Shown: positions 19,075 through 28,671 of the stretch, one piece after another
How the letters are laid out: each line of letters opens with the position of its first letter
How positions within the stretch are numbered: the stretch's first letter is position 1
DNA from: a bacterium
GTDB lineage: Bacteria; Electryoneota; Electryoneia; Electryoneales; Electryoneaceae
Direction: 5' to 3'
Length of the DNA stretch: 64,000 bases
Assembly (NCBI GenBank): GCA_963669175.1
Contig: OY769902.1
Span: forward strand, 2,176,001-2,240,000
Notes under the pieces: model-generated
What the model saw: the letters and a program-made list of their open reading frames with translations, nothing else
What the model was told of the DNA's origin: nothing
Database searches by the model: none
Program-made: the position numbers and the translations under genes

Positions 19075-20823
19075 ATGGACTTACAGGGGAAGAAAGTTCT
19101 TGTTTTCGGGGGCTTTGGGCTGGTAGGCATGGCTGTTTGCCGAAAGCTGGCAGAAGCAGGTGTGAAAGCGATTGTGCTGACCTCGCTGAAAGAGGAAGAG
19201 GCACGGTTGGCTATCGACATGCTGAAAATGGAGTACCCCGCAATCGATTTCACTCCCGCGTGGGGTGACCTGTTTGTGCGCAACGACTTCAAAGATACAC
19301 CACGACATCAGCTCCTCGAAGACGCCGGGAATCGCCGTGCGTTTATCCGTGATATCCTTGATCCGTTTACCGCAGAAGTATACCAGCGCATGACGTTGTA
19401 TCGCCAGGTGGTCGAGAACAAGCCGGATGTGGTCATTGACTGTGTCAATACCGCAACTGGTTTGGCTTACCAGGATGTCTACATGCAGTCCGAAAAAGTG
19501 CTGGCGACATTGGATAACTGCAATGACAGCAATGCCGATGAGGTCAAGCGTAACGTGGAAGACCTGATCGCCAGCCTGACCGCTCCGCAGTTGGTGCGTC
19601 ATGTTCAGATCCTGCATCAGTCATTGATTGATGGCGGCTGTCGTGGTTACCTGAAGGTCGGCACCACCGGCACCGGCGGCATGGGCCTGAATATTCCGTA
19701 TACCCACTCGGAAGACCGTCCCAGCCGTGTCCTGCTGACCAAGAACGCCATGGGCGGCGCACAGAGCCTGATGATGTTCCTGATGGGACGCAGCCCGATA
19801 CAAGGCGATGATGGCCGCATTCGTGACATCTTCGTCAAGGAAATCAAACCCGCCGCAGCCATTGCCTGGAAGGGCGTGATTGCCGGCGAGATCAAAAAAC
19901 GTGGTCAGAATTTCCCGCGTTACGACATGGCGATGGACAAAGCCCAGACCATCGGCGCATCGGTGAATGTGGCCGAGGCGGATGGTGCATGGGAAGCCAA
20001 GGGCGACACCCTTCGTTCTGTCTACATTGACACCGGCGAAAACGGCATCTTCTCCGAGGGCGAATTTACCGCCATCACCGAAGTCGGCCAGATGGAATTT
20101 GTCACCCCGGAAGAGATCGCGCAGTATATCGTGTGGGAGCTTCAGGGCGGCAATACCGGTCATGACATCATTGGCGCATTAGACGGCGCTGTGATGGAGC
20201 CGACCTATCGCGCCGGTGTGCTTCGCCAGGTCGCGTTGGACAAGCTGCGTCAGAAGATGGCCCAGAACCCGGACCTCGATGAATCGGTGGCGTTTGAGCT
20301 GCTCGGACCGCCACGTCTGACCAAGCTGCTCCACGAAGCGAACCTGATTCGTCGCACACTCAAGACTATGCGCGCCGCCGTTGAACTGACCCCGGAAGCG
20401 CTGGCGGAGAAGCTGCTGGAAGAGCTGAAGAACAATGATCGTCTGCGTAGCGCCATCCTGAGCGTCGGTGTCCCGGTGCTGCTTCCCGATGGCAAGCAGT
20501 ATGTCCGCGGCCCGAAACTCCTTATCCCGACCCATCCGGTTAACAAGGAGTTCGAGGTTACCGGCGAGAAGCTGGAAGAGTGGTGCGAAAAGGGGTGGGT
20601 TGACCTGCGTCCGGAGAACCTGGCACGCTGGCAGGGCTGGTTCACCCAGTTAATCAACCAGAAAGACGCTCGCATGACCTCCGGCCCCGACGGTCAACCG
20701 GATACCTCAAGCCGTTTCGATTTCGATGAGAATTACTTCGATCCCGATAGCGAAATCAACCCCGGCAAGATGGTCGGCTGGATCTTTATCAATGTCGATA
20801 AAGGCAAGAGGACGAAGCGGTAG
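19075..20823 (+). CDS. Rossmann-fold (short-chain dehydrogenase-like) protein of unknown function, 582 aa
   Basis: N-terminal KVLVFGGFGLVG dinucleotide-binding motif, VIDCVNTATG, KVGTTGTGGMG. Confidence 0.8.
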   Translation: MDLQGKKVLVFGGFGLVGMAVCRKLAEAGVKAIVLTSLKEEEARLAIDMLKMEYPAIDFTPAWGDLFVRNDFKDTPRHQLLEDAGNRRAFIRDILDPFTAEVYQRMTLYRQVVENKPDVVIDCVNTATGLAYQDVYMQSEKVLATLDNCNDSNADEVKRNVEDLIASLTAPQLVRHVQILHQSLIDGGCRGYLKVGTTGTGGMGLNIPYTHSEDRPSRVLLTKNAMGGAQSLMMFLMGRSPIQGDDGRIRDIFVKEIKPAAAIAWKGVIAGEIKKRGQNFPRYDMAMDKAQTIGASVNVAEADGAWEAKGDTLRSVYIDTGENGIFSEGEFTAITEVGQMEFVTPEEIAQYIVWELQGGNTGHDIIGALDGAVMEPTYRAGVLRQVALDKLRQKMAQNPDLDESVAFELLGPPRLTKLLHEANLIRRTLKTMRAAVELTPEALAEKLLEELKNNDRLRSAILSVGVPVLLPDGKQYVRGPKLLIPTHPVNKEFEVTGEKLEEWCEKGWVDLRPENLARWQGWFTQLINQKDARMTSGPDGQPDTSSRFDFDENYFDPDSEINPGKMVGWIFINVDKGKRTKR

Positions 20824-20854
20824 GCGCTTGCAGTTTATCTTGATAGATACTTCG

Positions 20855-20879
20855 AAGCCCGGCTGATGCCGGGCTTTTT
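20855..20879 (+). terminator. Rho-independent terminator
   Basis: aagcccggc-tgat-gccgggctt followed by Ts. Confidence 0.85.
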
Positions 20880-20958
20880 GTACGTATGAAAGTCAGCGAA
20901 AGCAGGGACTGACCCAATGTGGTCTGTCCCGTTTTCGCGGGTGCTTTCTAAACGAGTT

Positions 20959-21363
20959 TTACTTCTTCACCAGCGAAGCAATTGTCACTTCCGCCAGGAA
21001 TTCCACCACACCGCGCTGGTATGGCGCCCAAACCTGGCCGATGGTCGAGATAATATCCGCAGGGGCGTCCTCGAAGCCGGGCAAGTTGACTTCGTTGGGG
21101 TCGAAATCATCGATCGCTCGCGCCACATCCAGCAGGGTGATCTCTTCGGGCGCACGTGCCAGACGGACACCGCCGCCACGTCCACGCACGCTGTCCACCA
21201 GTCCTGCTCCGGTCAGAGCCTGCATCACTTTTCCGAGGAAAGAAGCGGGCATCCCGGCCTCTTCCGCCAGCTCGGTGACCTGCCTGCGTACCTTGGGATC
21301 GTCATGGGTGACGGCAAGGCGTACCAGTGAACGGACCGCGTAACCCCAACTCTTGCTGAACAT
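20959..21363 (-). CDS. Rrf2-family transcriptional regulator (no cysteines)
   Basis: YAVRSLV.LA, LGKVMQAL..AGLVDSVRGRGGGVRLAR.PEEITL.DV. GGGGAG RBS. Confidence 0.92.
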   Translation of the reverse strand: MFSKSWGYAVRSLVRLAVTHDDPKVRRQVTELAEEAGMPASFLGKVMQALTGAGLVDSVRGRGGGVRLARAPEEITLLDVARAIDDFDPNEVNLPGFEDAPADIISTIGQVWAPYQRGVVEFLAEVTIASLVKK

Positions 21364-21637
21364 GATGCTCTCCCCGTGTGACACTGTGGTTCATTGGGAA
21401 TGTAAGAATACGGAATGAGTTGGGAAAGCGGTTGAGTAGGAAAAAACGGGATGGGATCGGTTGGGAGAATCGCCATTGATCGTATGGCCCGACTTGCCTG
21501 AAGTGTTGTCAAAACGTCTGGAAGATGTTGGCTATGTATACAGGGCTTTCCGCAATGATGCGCATAATGAGCAAGTCGGGAGAAGGATACATACTTACAC
21601 AGAACAGGGTACAGCTTCATTACCCGACTTGCCTGGA

Positions 21638-21990
21638 TCCCAGCCTTCCAGACTGTATCAGAATAGAAAACACACTCATCCCAGCCTTCCAGACTGTATC
21701 AGAATAGCGAAGACTCTCATCCCAGCGAAGGCTGGGATCCAGGTAAGTATCTACAAAATAACAATTTGGACACTTGAACGGCTCTCAATATACCGCGTTT
21801 CTTGACAACACTTAACCTCTTGTAATATCGCAATATGACTGGATTCCTTCCTTCGAAGGAATGAGAGTATGGGACATTCTGATACAGTCTGCTTCGCTGG
21901 GATGAGAGTATGCCTATTTTGCGACAGCCTGCTTCGCTGGGATGAGAGCATCAGTGATTCTGATACCACCTGCTTCGCTGGGATGAGAGC
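21638..21990. repeat. REP-like cluster: tandem 41-bp units facing inverted tandem copies
   Basis: Left side: tcccagccttccagactgtatcagaatag x2 plus tcccagcgaaggctggga. Right side: ctgcttcgctgggatgagag x3. Confidence 0.75.
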
Positions 21991-21991
21991 C

Positions 21992-22171
21992 GAAGGACTA
22001 ACTTCTTTAAATTATTTAAAATAAACCCCGCCGGGCAGCCACCTTCGCAAGCTACGGTGTGCTTCAAGCCGGCGGGGCCAATAGACACTTTCGCATGTTT
22101 CAAGCAAGCGGGGCTAAAAACATGATACCTGACTGACGCGCAGTACGCCTCAGCGCACAAGTCGGGCCAAG
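21992..22171 (+). repeat. Dispersed repeat, copy 2
   Basis: Direct repeat of 18671-18825. A degenerate third core lies near 22230-22268. Confidence 0.8.
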
Positions 22172-22193
22172 AGACATCATGCCGCCATCCCTC

Positions 22194-22221
22194 GAGATCC
22201 CCGGTCGGTGCCGGGGATGAC
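22194..22221. repeat. GTCATCCC REP-like palindrome (reverse orientation)
   Basis: gagatccccggtcggtgccggggatgac. Confidence 0.7.
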
Positions 22222-22325
22222 ATAGTGTTTGGGCAGTCGCTTCAGCGTACTTCAAACCGGTGGGGCCAAACAGGATCAATAACTTTCCAACCTTTAAACT
22301 TTGAAACTTTCAAACTTCAAAGAGA

Positions 22326-23072
22326 CTAATACGCAGATCGGTCTGAGGCGCGTCGTGCCAGCATGGAGGGGGGCGCCGCGATACGGCCGTCGGTCATCCA
22401 CAACCGTTGCTGCATCTCCGGCCAGGTGACATACTGGAAGCCGTTCAGGTCCGTATCCAGCACACCTTTCACATGACGACGGGCGTAGATCATGTCATCT
22501 TCGTTGGGGGCGTTCAGCACAAATTCACGGGAAGCGTCGGTATCGTCCAGAATCAGGTGCGAGTTTGCCTGCGCCATGGCCACACCGGCGGCGTCGAGGG
22601 TCACTCCGAACGGTCCGGCCAATGTCTGCAAACGTGCGGCGCAGTTCATCGGGTAGCCGACATAATCCGTGTCCAGACGCTCGCCGGGCAGATCCGCACG
22701 CACCTTGGTCACCTCGCCGCAGGCGATGCCTACGCCGAAACCGGGCGGGGTGCGGAAACTGACCGTTTTTCGGAAATAGTGGTATTCCTTGTGCAGGTTG
22801 AACGCGGTCACCAGGGCGGCTTTGAGGGCGTTGGGCATGCTGCCGTGACGGTCCGGCTCCCACACCGCGAGGAAACCATCGCCCAGCGGTTTGTAGAAGT
22901 CGATGAAATAGGCCTGTTTCAGCTTGAGCAAGCGTTCGTAGGTCATCTTGACCACAGTCGCCACCTGCTCCGACGTGGCCTCCAGCGACCAGTGGGAGAA
23001 GTCACGCAAATCCGCAAACAGGGCGACACATTCGACCTTCTGGCCGGTGGATTTTTTCTGTGCAGGTGTCAT
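22326..23072 (-). CDS. Class III adenylate/guanylate cyclase domain protein
   Basis: LFADLRDFS, YKPLGDGFLAVW, GVGIACGEV, DYVGYPMNCAARLQ. Confidence 0.88.
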   Translation of the reverse strand: MTPAQKKSTGQKVECVALFADLRDFSHWSLEATSEQVATVVKMTYERLLKLKQAYFIDFYKPLGDGFLAVWEPDRHGSMPNALKAALVTAFNLHKEYHYFRKTVSFRTPPGFGVGIACGEVTKVRADLPGERLDTDYVGYPMNCAARLQTLAGPFGVTLDAAGVAMAQANSHLILDDTDASREFVLNAPNEDDMIYARRHVKGVLDTDLNGFQYVTWPEMQQRLWMTDGRIAAPPSMLARRASDRSAY

Positions 23073-23201
23073 GGGTTCCGGTTGCCTCTCTCGCGTTCGT
23101 GCCTAAAGCTACGGTAGAATGGGGGCACAGGAAAGAGATGAAGATCACAAGGCAGGAAAGGATTGAATACGAATAAATGGAACAAGGATGAGTGAAGTAT
23201 A

Positions 23202-24200
23202 TTAACTTGCCAGATTCCTCAACCAGAAAGCAGTCAGTAGGCGTTCGATGAGGAGCAGGATCAGGGCGGTTAGGGCATAGGGCATGAAGCGTTCTTCCCA
23301 GCGACGCATATGCTCGATGTCCAGCTCAGTCTTTTCCAGGCGGTCGATCTGGCTGTAGATATCACGCAGGGATTCGGTGGAGGTGGCACGGAAGTACATC
23401 CCGCCGGTCATCTCGGCGATCTGTTTCAGCAGCGCTTCATCAATCTCGACCTGCATGTTCCGGAACTGGATACCGCCGCCGGGGCTCTGGATCGGTGCGG
23501 GTGCGGTGCCACGTGAACCCACGCCGATGGTATAAATCTTCACCCCGAGCGCCTGGGCGGCACGGGTGGCGGTTAGTGGGTCGGGCTGATCCACGTTGTT
23601 TACACCGTCGGTCAGCAGGATCAGCACTTTACTCTTGGCGTTACTTTCACGGAGACGGTTGGTGCCGGTCGCAATCGCTTTCCCGATACCGGTGCCGTCC
23701 TGGATTTGTCCCGTACCCGCTTCGACACGACTCAGCAGTTCTTCCAGCACATCGTAGTCCATGGTCAACGGGCACCAGGTATAGGATTCCCCTGCGAACA
23801 TGACCAGACCGATACGGTCGTTCTGACGTCCACGCACAAACTCGCCCGCCACATTCTTCGCGGCAGTGATACGGTCCGGTTTGAGGTCACGAGCCAACAT
23901 GGAGGACGAGATATCCAGGGTAAGGACGATATCGATGCCCTCGGTGGTGATCTTTTCCTCTTCCAGCGCCAGTTGCGGACGTGCCAGCGCGATAATCAGG
24001 AAGCTCAACCCGGCCAGACGCAACACAACCGGGAGATGACGCAGCCAGCGTTTGACCGGATGAACCAACGCGCCGATTTCTGACGCGCCGGGGAAGACCA
24101 CAGTCGGCGCCGGGTGCCGTGTCTCACGCCACCAGTAGAGCACCCCCAGCAGGGGCACCAGGATCAGGCCAAACAGCATCCAGGGGGCTTGCCAGGTCAT
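23202..24200 (-). CDS. batA: BatA-like VWA domain protein
   Basis: N-terminal PW.L..L TM motif, LARPQ, MIDAS motif DISSSM, DRIGLV.F, LLTDG, C-terminal TM helix. Confidence 0.88.
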   Translation of the reverse strand: MTWQAPWMLFGLILVPLLGVLYWWRETRHPAPTVVFPGASEIGALVHPVKRWLRHLPVVLRLAGLSFLIIALARPQLALEEEKITTEGIDIVLTLDISSSMLARDLKPDRITAAKNVAGEFVRGRQNDRIGLVMFAGESYTWCPLTMDYDVLEELLSRVEAGTGQIQDGTGIGKAIATGTNRLRESNAKSKVLILLTDGVNNVDQPDPLTATRAAQALGVKIYTIGVGSRGTAPAPIQSPGGGIQFRNMQVEIDEALLKQIAEMTGGMYFRATSTESLRDIYSQIDRLEKTELDIEHMRRWEERFMPYALTALILLLIERLLTAFWLRNLAS

Positions 24201-25366
24201 GCCTTGTCCTCCCCCTTGGGCTGGAAGCGTGACAAATCATCCCTGTCCACCGGTTCAGCCTTTTTCATAACCGGAGCGTCAGCCTCTTCACCCTTTTCAG
24301 ACGTTTTTACTTCCGGTAATGCAGCTTCACCAGTCTGTGCCGAAGGTTCTGCGCTATCTTCTGTCTGTCCGTTGCCGTTAAGCGTCTCGACCGGACGCGG
24401 TTTATAGGTCAGCACGAAGCTGTCCGCTGTACGCAGCATGCTGTCGGCTTTAGCGGAATCGATGCTGCCCTTGGCGAACTTGATCATGTCTGCATCGTTC
24501 AGGATGCTGAGGAGGTCTTCCTTGCTGCCGAATATAGTCGCGTGAATCAGCCAGCGTTTGACCTCATAGGTGGTCATGTCCATGACCGGGTCGCTGTGGA
24601 CACGTTCCAGCAGGCGTTTCAGAATCTCCGTCAAACGGCTGACGAACAGCTTGTACTCACCACGTTCATGCGGCTTGTCACGTTGCAGGTCACGCAAGGC
24701 GGCCACTGCTTCATCATACGGCGGCGGTGGTGGTTTGACGTAGATACCGCCTTCGCCATCCACGCCCAGCTTGCGTTTTTGCCACCAGCGAATGAAGAAG
24801 AAGATACCAGCCAGCACGGCCACGCCGAGCAGATAAGGCCAGAGCAGACGCGCCCAGTCCGCCAGGGTCATTTTTAACGGAACCTGGGCTTTCAGTGGTC
24901 TGAAAGAGGGGCCGGTGGTGTCTTGCGGGATACTGTCAAGCACGGAATAAATATAGACATTCGCCGGTTCGAAGCGGTGAATCTGCTTGTTTACCCAAAC
25001 CTCGAGCGTATCGGTGGAATGGGCGCCGGTGTCATAGGCTGCTACGGTCAACAGGAGCGTCGGTCCCGGATAGGCCTTGGCTTCCTTGCCCTTCAGCGTA
25101 TCGGCATGCAGGACACGGAAATCGCCAATCTTTTCCGCCGTCGAGGGCCACTGGATGTCGCCGGGATCGGCATTGGGGACAGTTAACGTCAAGGTAATCG
25201 GATCACCGACACGGGCGCGTTTGGGCGAAAACTCAAGCGGTAACACCGCCGCTTGCAGCATCATTGCGCTGGTGATCAACAGGAGCGACAGGATAGCCGC
25301 CGCGCTTCCACGCTTGCGCCAGCCTGCTGATATACCGTTATGTAGGTTCCTGTTTTGCCGATCCAT
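24197..25366 (-). CDS. Bat-operon-associated membrane protein (start uncertain)
   Basis: VGDPITLTL Ig-like N-terminus, TM helix, PPPPYDEA...MTTYE...ADMIKFAK. Lies between DUF58 and batA. Confidence 0.8.
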   Translation of the reverse strand: MDRQNRNLHNGISAGWRKRGSAAAILSLLLITSAMMLQAAVLPLEFSPKRARVGDPITLTLTVPNADPGDIQWPSTAEKIGDFRVLHADTLKGKEAKAYPGPTLLLTVAAYDTGAHSTDTLEVWVNKQIHRFEPANVYIYSVLDSIPQDTTGPSFRPLKAQVPLKMTLADWARLLWPYLLGVAVLAGIFFFIRWWQKRKLGVDGEGGIYVKPPPPPYDEAVAALRDLQRDKPHERGEYKLFVSRLTEILKRLLERVHSDPVMDMTTYEVKRWLIHATIFGSKEDLLSILNDADMIKFAKGSIDSAKADSMLRTADSFVLTYKPRPVETLNGNGQTEDSAEPSAQTGEAALPEVKTSEKGEEADAPVMKKAEPVDRDDLSRFQPKGEDKA

Positions 25367-25394
25367 GGTTCAGACTCTGATCAATGCCGTAGGG

Positions 25395-26282
25395 TTACCG
25401 CCTGCCTTCACGTTTCCTGAAGAAACGTACCAGTGGTAGCAGGTAAGGTTGATCCGGTTCACTTAAATCGACCTCAATGCGGTCGAGATTGTTCTGGTTT
25501 GCAAACATGGTCAGGTTGTTGATCTGCTGCATGCGTTGACGACGATAGGCTTCACGCAGCCCCTTGTCATTGCTGTCCAGCCATACGACAGCCCCGGTCT
25601 CCGGGTCCTGGGCCGGAATCCAGCCGACTCCGGGCAGCTCTTTCTCGCGCGGGTCCACCACGTGCAGCAAAACCAGGTCGTGCTTACGTCCGCAAATCTT
25701 GGCCGCATCCTGCCACGCGCCGCCGTCCTGGAAATCGCTGACCAGGAATACGATAGAGCGTTTGGTCTGTAATCGCAGCAGGTATTCCAGCCCGGTCTGG
25801 ATGGAGGTGCCCTTGCTCTCGGGTTGAAAGGCCAGCAGGTCGCGGACCATACGCAGGGCGTGGGAGGTGCCTTTTTTCGGGGGAATATAACTCTCAACCT
25901 GATCGCTGAAGAGAATCATTCCGACCTTGTCCTGGTTGCGCATGGCGGAGAAGGTGAGTACCGCAGCGATTTCCGCTGCCATCTCACGTTTTAACGAGAC
26001 CACACTCCCGAATTCTCCCGACGCGGACACGTCCACCAACAACATGACAATCAGTTCACGTTCTTCTTCAAAGAGCTTGATGAAGGGGGCGCCGGAACGT
26101 GCGGTCACGTTCCAGTCAATCGCGCGTACGTCATCACCGGGGACATATTCACGGACCTCCGCGAACTCGATCCCGCGCCCCTTGAACGCGGAATGATATT
26201 CCCCGCTGAACAGCTCGTTCACCGAACCACGGGTCCGGATCTCGATGTTGCGCACCTTCTTGATCAGCTCTTTGGTTGTCAC
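25395..26282 (-). CDS. DUF58 family protein
   Basis: GEYHSAFKGRGIEFAEVREYVPGDDVRAIDWNVTAR, VDVSAS, SDF. Confidence 0.95.
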   Translation of the reverse strand: MTTKELIKKVRNIEIRTRGSVNELFSGEYHSAFKGRGIEFAEVREYVPGDDVRAIDWNVTARSGAPFIKLFEEERELIVMLLVDVSASGEFGSVVSLKREMAAEIAAVLTFSAMRNQDKVGMILFSDQVESYIPPKKGTSHALRMVRDLLAFQPESKGTSIQTGLEYLLRLQTKRSIVFLVSDFQDGGAWQDAAKICGRKHDLVLLHVVDPREKELPGVGWIPAQDPETGAVVWLDSNDKGLREAYRRQRMQQINNLTMFANQNNLDRIEVDLSEPDQPYLLPLVRFFRKREGRR

Positions 26283-26431
26283 TGCATCGCTTTCGCTAAG
26301 TGAAAAAAGTAAACAAAGTGAAAAAAGTAAAGAATGTTTCCATCTATTGAATATTGGATACTAAAAATAAATCTTGAAGCTCACAATAATTCCTGATTGA
26401 CTGAAACCAATTTCTAATTCCTAATTGGTTC

Positions 26432-27421
26432 TTACGGAACTTCAATCCCGTGCAGCAGTTCGGTGACCAGGTCATCGCTGGTCATTTCCTGCGCTTCAGC
26501 CTCGAAGGACGGGATAATCCGGTGCCGAAGAACGTCACGTCCGATGGCGCGGATATCTTCCGGGATTACAAACGCGCGTCCCTGCAGGAATGCCCAGGCG
26601 CGGGCCGCTTTCACCAGGAACAGGGTAGCGCGTGGGCTGCCACCATAAGCGATCAGGTCTTTCAGGTTATCGAACCCGAACTCTTCCGGGTGACGTGTCG
26701 CAAACACGATGTCCAGGATATAGTTCTCGATCTTTTCATCAACGTAGATCTGGTCCACTACTTCACGCGCTTCCAGGATCGCTTCCGGCTTGAGGACGGG
26801 AACCAGGGACGGGGCTTTTCCGGCGCCATGCAAGCGCAGGATACGGCGTTCCTCTTCACGGTTCGGGTAGCTGACCTTCAGCTTGAGCATGAAACGGTCA
26901 ACCTGCGCTTCGGGAAGCGGGTAGGTTCCCTGCTGTTCAATCGGGTTCTGAGTCGCGAGAACCAGGAACGGCTGCGGCAGGATATGAGTCTCGCCACCGA
27001 GCGACACCTGACGTTCCTGCATGGATTCCAGCAATGCGCTCTGCACCTTGGCAGGGGCGCGGTTAATTTCATCTGCGAGGATGATGTTTGCGAAGATCGG
27101 GCCGAGCCGTGTTTCGAACGACCCCTTCTGCTGGTTGTAAATCAGGGTGCCAAGCAGGTCGGCAGGCAGGAGGTCGGGCGTGAACTGAATCCGCCGGAAT
27201 GTGGCGTCAACCGAAGCCGCAAGACTGGAAACGGTAAGTGTTTTCGCCAGACCCGGCACACCTTCCAGCAACACATGGCCATCTGCCAGCAATCCAACCA
27301 GCAGGCGTTCCACCATGTAACTCTGGCCGACAAGAACCTTGCCTACCTCTTCGGTAAGCTTTCGTATGGGTGCGCTGACACGTTGCACACGTTCGGCGAC
27401 CACATTAATATCCTGACTCAT
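26432..27421 (-). CDS. moxR: MoxR-family AAA+ ATPase
   Basis: GHVLLEGVPGLAKT, RIQFTPDLLPAD, LADEINRAPAKVQSALLE, ATQNPIEQQGTYPLPEAQVDRF. Confidence 0.96.
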   Translation of the reverse strand: MSQDINVVAERVQRVSAPIRKLTEEVGKVLVGQSYMVERLLVGLLADGHVLLEGVPGLAKTLTVSSLAASVDATFRRIQFTPDLLPADLLGTLIYNQQKGSFETRLGPIFANIILADEINRAPAKVQSALLESMQERQVSLGGETHILPQPFLVLATQNPIEQQGTYPLPEAQVDRFMLKLKVSYPNREEERRILRLHGAGKAPSLVPVLKPEAILEAREVVDQIYVDEKIENYILDIVFATRHPEEFGFDNLKDLIAYGGSPRATLFLVKAARAWAFLQGRAFVIPEDIRAIGRDVLRHRIIPSFEAEAQEMTSDDLVTELLHGIEVP

Positions 27422-27545
27422 CTTCGGTACTCCTCGCTGACGTTCATCCCAAAAGCAATTGCGAAGTCATGCTTTCACACTCACGAGATTTTTACAAAGT
27501 TCCAAGGAGAGACGATAGGAAAGAGAAAGGGGGGATCACAAGGGC

Positions 27546-28580
27546 TCATTCAGGTTTTAGCACGACATAATGGGGATAGTGATCGCTGAAGCCGAATTCA
27601 ACCGGGGAGGCGTATTCGGTTGTAAAGCCCTGTTGATAAATATGGTCAATCCTGAAAAGCCTGCTTACTGGGCGTCTGCGATTCCATGTCGCCCCCAGCC
27701 CGGTTCCTGCCTCCAGCCAGGTGTCCTGCAACCGGCTGCGAATGGGGCGCAGGGTGCGGTGGGTGGGAGTAGCGTTCATATCGCCGCATACGATAACAGG
27801 CTGATCACCCAGTGAATCGAGTACAGCCGCTACATTTTTCGCCTGTTGCCAACGTGGGCCGGTACGTTGAAAAAGGTTGTCACCAGGATGAAGTACGGGT
27901 TCGAGATGAAGATTCAGCACATGGAAGGTGTCTGCATGCACGACAACCTTCGCCAGGAATGAGTTTCGCACATCATGCTGACCCTGAGTGTGAATAACTC
28001 GGGTCTCGAGAATTTCACCCTGCACCAGGATCCAGAGACGGTAGAACTCGTCATGTGAAGATTCCCAACACCAGGCATGGTCATAGCCTGCATTGAACAG
28101 GTGCTTATGAATCCAGGAGTTTTCCAGATTCTGCACTCCGACTTCCTGGCTGCAGATTATATCAATGGGTGAAATTGCTGCATGATCGCCGAGAAGCTTG
28201 ATATTCCAATTCCATCCCGTGTTAAAAGTCATTACCCCGATGCTCTCTGTTGATAGCTGTTCAATCTTCCGGTGAACAGGAAACAGGTAAACTAACTCCA
28301 GCAACAGAATCAGTGTTGCCAGGCCGGTTACCAGAGCTGGTAGCCTGTGTTTTCGGGATAGAAAAACGAGCAGAAGCAGCAAACCGAAACAAAGCAGGAG
28401 AATACGTACAACCTGGTTTCCCGCTAATGGTTCAAGGATAAACAGCAATGGCGGCGGCTGGTAATGAACCAGCGTTAGCAAGACCAACGGTGCGAGAGCA
28501 ATCCAATCCCACACGCTGCCGAACCGGGAGAGATGTCGCCCTGTTTTCGCTGGTTCTTTTGTTGTAAACTGATCGGTCAC
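27546..28580 (-). CDS. Endonuclease/exonuclease/phosphatase family protein, membrane-anchored
   Basis: N-terminal TM helices, VMTFN, CSQEV, NLHL, CGDMN, RIDHI, SDHYP. Confidence 0.9.
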   Translation of the reverse strand: MTDQFTTKEPAKTGRHLSRFGSVWDWIALAPLVLLTLVHYQPPPLLFILEPLAGNQVVRILLLCFGLLLLLVFLSRKHRLPALVTGLATLILLLELVYLFPVHRKIEQLSTESIGVMTFNTGWNWNIKLLGDHAAISPIDIICSQEVGVQNLENSWIHKHLFNAGYDHAWCWESSHDEFYRLWILVQGEILETRVIHTQGQHDVRNSFLAKVVVHADTFHVLNLHLEPVLHPGDNLFQRTGPRWQQAKNVAAVLDSLGDQPVIVCGDMNATPTHRTLRPIRSRLQDTWLEAGTGLGATWNRRRPVSRLFRIDHIYQQGFTTEYASPVEFGFSDHYPHYVVLKPE

Positions 28581-28671
28581 AGGTCGCGTCTTGCTGGTCG
28601 TCGTTGAGTTATTCCATGACGACTAACATACAACGCAAACCAGAGCAAAGCCGAACGGTAAAGAGATTTCC

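Noticed and set aside
21638-21990. Mini-CRISPR of gcttcgctgggatgagag repeats
   Set aside because: Intervening sequences are short and related to each other, and inverted copies face them, which fits REP elements.
22283-22322. Short 8-nt repeats (also aagtgaaaaaagtaaa x2 at about 26298-26331)
   Set aside because: Real but too short and degenerate to assign a function.
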